From Candidatus Bathyarchaeota archaeon (GTDB taxonomy: Archaea > Thermoproteota > Bathyarchaeia > 40CM-2-53-6), in assembly GCA_963733055.1 (NCBI GenBank), contig CAVTBR010000002.1, positions 192,001-256,000 of the forward strand: a DNA stretch of 64,000 bases, written 5' to 3'. Positions 59,386 through 64,000 of the stretch are shown here, in pieces. The notes below the pieces were generated by a model that made no database searches, was not told where the DNA came from, and saw only the letters and a list, made by a program, of their open reading frames with translations. Position 1 is the stretch's first letter, and every line of letters starts with the position of its first letter. The translations under genes were made by a program, and so were the position numbers.

Positions 59386-59404
59386 AGTCCCTTCGGCCCC
59401 ACCA
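59386..59404 (+). repeat. attR: duplicate of the tRNA-Trp 3' end
   Basis: AGTCCCTTCGGCCCCACCA is identical to 47146-47164. Confidence 0.88.
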
Positions 59405-59480
59405 TCATACTCTTTTTCCCTGTCCGCTGGATGACGCGCTTCTAGAGTCCGCTCCCCCTCACAAGCTCTCTGTCAGGAAT

Positions 59481-60235
59481 TCATTTCGAGAGCGAGAGGG
59501 TCAAGCCTTCCTCGGCTATCAGAAGCTCGCCTCTGAATTCGCGAGCCGCTTCGGATCGAGAGACCTCGCGGTCGTCTCCAGGCCAGAAGTGAGTCAGCAT
59601 CAAGCGCGCCGCGCCCGCCTCCCGAGCGTAGCGTCCCGCCTCACCCGCGGTTAGGAGGAAACGAACCGGGCCTTCGTGCGGCACCGCCTGGTGAGTCGCC
59701 TCGCACACGAACAAGTCAGCTCCACGTGAGAGTTCCACGATCTGTTCAGTCGGTCCGGTGTCTCCGGTATAGGCGATCACGAGTCCCTCCACTTCAACTC
59801 GGAAGCCGAGACTTGGGACGAAGTGGGGTAGTGCCACCGTCCGGACGCAAAGGGTCCGACCTCAACCGTCTGGTCGGGGCCGATCGCATGGAAATCACAC
59901 CCCCGCCGCAGCCGCGCCGGCCCCTCGGCACCGTCGAGACTCCCTACCCGGTCCATCACGTCTGGGAACGCGTAGACGGAGAGGGGCGGGAACGGAGGCT
60001 CCGGAAGGGCGCGCGCCCGGTAGAGTCCGTAGAGGTCGACGCAGTGGTCTGCGTGCGCGTGAGTGACGAAGACCGCATCAACGTCCTGAGCGGGGCAGTG
60101 ATCAAGGAGGCGTGGCAGCGCACCGAATCCGAGGTCGAGGACCACGCGCTGGCCGGCCGATTCGAGCAGGTAGCCGCTGCACGCACGCCCTCGTTCAGGC
60201 CAAGCGCCACTGCTGCCGAGTACGGTGAATTGCAC
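59481..60235 (-). CDS. MBL-fold metallo-hydrolase (RNase Z/cAMP phosphodiesterase-like), split by a 1-nt deletion near 59848
   Basis: TVLGSSG, VLDLG, THAHADH in one frame; YTGDTG, CEAT and LTHFWP in the next. Confidence 0.85.
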
Positions 60236-60273
60236 TATCCGTCACACTCCTAGTGTGAGGTAGTATGCTGTTG

Positions 60274-61586
60274 TTACTGGTATTTGTTTTGGACTTCAAG
60301 GCTGTCCGGCCCAAAATCGCTTCGCTCCGGATCTGTGAAGTCTACTTTGGGCATCTCTCTCAAACCAATTACTTCACTGAAAAGAATCCATATCGCCGCT
60401 GCTCCGGATAACGCGCCGCCGATGAGTATCGTGGGTACGATTCCAATATAGAGCCCGAGGATACCCCCGATGAATGATCCCGCAGGTAAAGTTCCCCAGT
60501 TTATTGTTCGCACGGTTGCGTTCATCCGTCCTTGAAGTTTATCGGAAACTAGGGATTGTCGGAGACTGACGGTGTTGATGTTGTAAATAGGCAGCATGAG
60601 GCCCGAGACGAAGCCGACGGCGCCCATTATTGGATACGCGTAACCGTACAGTGCGAGCGGTTGCAACATCGCGACGATCGGGACGAAGATCGATATAGCA
60701 ATCGACGGCCCCAATCCAACTTTCTTTGTGAAGTTCGGCGCGAGTAAAGCCCCTAGCAAGAATCCGACTGCGGTAATTGTTCCAAGAACGCCAATAGTAG
60801 CTGGCGTGAAGTGGAGCATTTTGAGTAGGAAGATGGTAAGTATAGCTTGGAATATCGAGCTGCCCAGGTTTGCTGTGGCCGTGGAAAACATCATCTTCTG
60901 ATTATGTCACTATCAAATACGATGTGGATTCCTTCTTTCATTTCAGCAAAGAAATTCCTACCCCCTGACATCGGGTGGTCGGACGAAGGGGTTGGTTCAG
61001 GCTTTTGTATGGAGAGGAGCGCGAGAGCGGAAGCTAAGTAACCTATCGCGTCTACCGCTATCGTGAATGCTCCGCCTATGATTTCGTAGATGAAGCCCGC
61101 GATAGTTGGCCCCACGACCTGAGCTCCTGACCAGCTCGTCTGAAGCTTCGCGTTTCCTTCGACCAAATCTGCACGGTCTACCAATACCGGGAGATAGGAT
61201 TGGTAGGATATTTCGAAGAAAACCGTGAAGATGCCATTGATCACGGCCACAGCGTAGAGTTGGTAGATTGTCAAGGCGGAAAGGGAGTAAGCGACGGGAA
61301 TTGACGCGAGGGTAATCATTCGGCCAAAGTTGCATGCAATCATTATTGGCCGCTTTCGCGAACGGTCTGCGATCACGCCCACAAAGAGCCCTAGTATGGG
61401 AAAGGAGATTGTCTGCAGAGCTATTAGCAGGCCGAGTTGAAACGCGTTCACAGTGAGACTCAGAACCGCAAGAATAGGGAGAGCTAGGGACGTGAACTGG
61501 TTGCCAAATTGACTGACCGTGTCACTTAGCCACAACCGTCTGAAATCTCGATGAGACCACAGGTGACCTCTCGACGGAAATTTCAA
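60274..61586 (-). CDS. MFS transporter, split by a frameshift near 60893
   Basis: FRRLWLSDTVSQFG, GVIADRSRKR, LQGRMNAT; two consecutive ORFs supply the two halves. Confidence 0.85.
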
Positions 61587-61791
61587 CGAAGCACCTCCCT
61601 CAATTTTGAGGGCCGTACTGCGACCGCGGTCATAAAAAGGGCGAGCCACTTGCGATGAACACAATCAGTTCTCACATAATGTTAGCACAATTAACGAAGT
61701 TATCCTCAGAGCTCAGCTATTCTCAAGCGCGAATAGCATGACGCAGATTCGCGTTCTAAGCAGGACGTGGAATGGAAATGCCATTGTCGGA

Positions 61792-62088
61792 CTACTTTGT
61801 ATTGGTGATCCCCAATTTTGCCGCAATTTCAGTTTCCGTCATCCCTACAATGAAGATTACTTTCGTGTCTGAATGAAAACCTGACACTATTTGCAACATG
61901 GACGATGGCGTTCGAAGCTTGTGTGCAAGCCATTTTGTGATTTCGCGGTTGGCTTTACCCTTAACCGGCGGGGCGGCTACATGCATCACTAATGTTCCAT
62001 CGGGTTCGGATGTGAGCCTGGTTTCTCTGCTCGGAGCCTTTACGCGGATTTTCAGTTTTACTCCCGCAGAACTTGACTGCATTTGCAC
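61792..62088 (-). CDS. DUF167 (YggU) family protein
   Basis: VAAPPVKGKANRE, IVSGFHSDTK. Confidence 0.88.
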   Translation of the reverse strand: MQMQSSSAGVKLKIRVKAPSRETRLTSEPDGTLVMHVAAPPVKGKANREITKWLAHKLRTPSSMLQIVSGFHSDTKVIFIVGMTETEIAAKLGITNTK

Positions 62089-62113
62089 CCTCAGCGACCC
62101 TGAGGGCTGAAGA

Positions 62114-62827
62114 TCATGCGGCTATTTTCTCTTCCCTTAGTTCTTCGAGCATCTTTCCGTGACGTTTCTCATCTGCAGCGATCTTTCTGAAGTTCTCGCG
62201 TATTGAACCCAGGACTTCTATGTGGCCTTTGGAATCCTCGATGAGTTTAGTGAGCGTGGATTTTACTTCGCTTCTCTCCGTCTCGCGGGCCATTCTCGTG
62301 TAGCTTTCGACGACGTCTTCCTCGACGGCTAACCAATAGGAAATGTTCTCTTCGATTACACGTTGGTATGCTGAGAGGACATCGTTTTCGATTTTGATCG
62401 CTTGATCTAGGTTCTCGATATTGGCCACGATCCGTTCGTGAAGGGGCTCCCACGCTTTCACTGTCCGCTGCTGCAATTTCAGGGCGTAATCTTTGCCTAG
62501 CTCATTCATGGCTTGAATTATTAGGTGGTCTTCGACGTTTCGCAGTTCACACTTAATCCGCGAGGCAACATTCTGGCCGCAGCAACCGACACAGAATCCC
62601 AAGTACGAGTCAATCTCTCGTGATGTCAGTTCATCAGGGTTAGGGTGAGTTTGGCATTGTGTGATCAGGATTTTTGTGCTTCTAAGCGATGTATAAATTT
62701 CCGGTGCGACGTTTACTCCCCGATTCTTGAGATCTGCACTAATCTCGTTCATTGCATCCCATGTTTTTTCTAGTAGGAAGCATTGTTCTTTTGTCTCTTC
62801 TCTCTTCTTCAATAGCGCTTGCGTCAT
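62114..62827 (-). CDS. DUF2096-like N-terminal domain fused to a ferritin/rubrerythrin-like helical domain
   Basis: W...ADLK.RG..V, CVGCC, LRNVEDHL; C-terminal EDSKGH and DEKRH motifs. Confidence 0.55.
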   Translation of the reverse strand: MTQALLKKREETKEQCFLLEKTWDAMNEISADLKNRGVNVAPEIYTSLRSTKILITQCQTHPNPDELTSREIDSYLGFCVGCCGQNVASRIKCELRNVEDHLIIQAMNELGKDYALKLQQRTVKAWEPLHERIVANIENLDQAIKIENDVLSAYQRVIEENISYWLAVEEDVVESYTRMARETERSEVKSTLTKLIEDSKGHIEVLGSIRENFRKIAADEKRHGKMLEELREEKIAA

Positions 62828-63128
62828 TTCAGCATCAACCCTTTTCCTCTGAGACTAAGCTTCCATTCGAACGTCTGCCTGAGTATGCAATGTTGAGTTT
62901 TGATAACGCGATCTGACATAGTCTATACTCGGTTCACTTGGGAGTGGTGAAAATAAATGGATACGCCATAGACTTACCATAATAGAACATAGAGCATATA
63001 GTGTCTTAGTTCGTCATGGTGATTGCTTTGAAGGTACCCATCGCTGACACATACATACGCGTTTAATTCCAGACGGGGACTGAATAGTCGTCCGAGTCTA
63101 CCTAAGTTAAAGACAGCAGACTTCAATC

Positions 63129-63606
63129 TTACGCCCGCTTGATATGCTGAGTAATCATTTCAACTAGATTTGCGGCAGCTTCCTGAATGGTTGGGCTTAA
63201 TCCTTCGCGAAAGGTGAAGTCTGGGTCAATATCGATCGTGAAGATTCTAATGGTACCCGGAATCCTACTTGGTTCCAGTTTCTTGTATAGTTCCAAAGCG
63301 GTGGCGAAATTCAGGACGTGAGGCGACGGAGATGATTGTTCTGTTGCTTTGAACTGCTCCGGCGAGAACTCACGGATACGACCAACCTGTCGATTCTCCG
63401 TATCAACCGAGTCGATTATGAACACTTTCTCGTAACCCAGAATCTCCTCAACCAGTTTCAGGCCTCCGACACTCAGTTCTTTGAACTCCAAATCATCTCT
63501 CGCTGGAATCCCTTTCTTCAGCATTCTTACTACGTGAACTCCCAGTCCGTCGTCGCCCATGATTGAATTTCCAATACCCAGCAGTAGAATTGTCGTACTA
63601 CCCAGC
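63129..63606 (-). CDS. Hydrogenase maturation protease
   Basis: ILLLGIGNSIMGDDGLG (frame extends upstream of the listed ORF), IIDS, SPH. Confidence 0.9.
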
Positions 63607-63632
63607 CCGCACTGAACTATTCTGAATCTCCT

Positions 63633-64000
63633 CTACGGTCTTCTTAGGTGGTGGGTAACAATCTGCTGCTTGTTGTAGATCTTGATGTCAAGAGGCATTT
63701 GTCCCGGAAGGGTGTGTGTAGCACAACCGTAGCAGGGGTCATAGGCTCTGAAGGCCATCTCTACCATGTTGAGAATACCGTCTGACACGTCGCCGTTCTT
63801 GATCAAGCCTTCAGCAGCTTGCTTTATCGACATGCTTATGGCAGCATGATTGTTGGTAGTCCCGACTATCAGGTTCACGTTCCTAACGAGGCCTTTTTCA
63901 TCAGTCTTGTAATGATGCGTCAACGTCCCACGAGGTGCTTCCACGCAGCCAACTCCTTCATCTGGAGTAGCGGTTGGAAGTGTGCGAACGTTCGGGTTTG
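63633..64000 (-). CDS. mvhA: [NiFe]-hydrogenase large subunit, C-terminal part (MvhA-like, group 3); 5' end lies outside the window
   Basis: EGVGCVEAPRGTL.HHY, L2 motif RAYDPCYGCATH followed by a cleavable extension. Confidence 0.85.
   Translation of the reverse strand, partial: NPNVRTLPTATPDEGVGCVEAPRGTLTHHYKTDEKGLVRNVNLIVGTTNNHAAISMSIKQAAEGLIKNGDVSDGILNMVEMAFRAYDPCYGCATHTLPGQMPLDIKIYNKQQIVTHHLRRP

Larger units (their letters stand above)
47146..59404. mobile_element. Integrative element (~12.2 kb) inserted at the tRNA-Trp 3' end
   Basis: 19-bp direct repeat AGTCCCTTCGGCCCCACCA at 47146-47164 and 59386-59404; tyrosine integrase beside the tRNA; visibly more AT-rich cargo. Confidence 0.88.

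Noticed and set aside
60885-60900. Two separate MFS half-genes
   Set aside because: The halves join into one ordinary 12-TM transporter; a 1-nt indel is the simpler explanation

Overview
Archaeal chromosomal segment, most likely TACK superphylum and probably Bathyarchaeia (inferred from gene content and intron-rich tRNAs, not from a search). It holds an Opp/Dpp ABC transporter operon, an SDR, ChrA, and a large but rearranged S10-spc-secY-adk-cmk-cbf5 ribosomal cluster. That cluster lacks uL3, uL2, uS8, uL18 and uL30 and is interrupted by tdh/kbl and by a small surface-protein island. Further on are a GAF/PAS two-component system, PGI/PMI, archease, SSB, valS, a bacterial-type metK divergent from an HTH-CBS regulator across a palindrome-rich spacer, ychF, a ~12.2 kb tyrosine-integrase element inserted in tRNA-Trp, and the end of a [NiFe]-hydrogenase operon. 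The strongest signal is a very high load of bulge-helix-bulge (BHB) introns: a tRNA-Trp(CCA) that I parse into six exons and five introns, two tRNA-Ser genes with two introns each, and a 19-nt intron splitting the catalytic Asp codon of cbf5. Several single-base errors fall at CGCG sites, which may be a methylation-driven sequencing artefact. All calls are from reading the sequence by eye; no database search was run.
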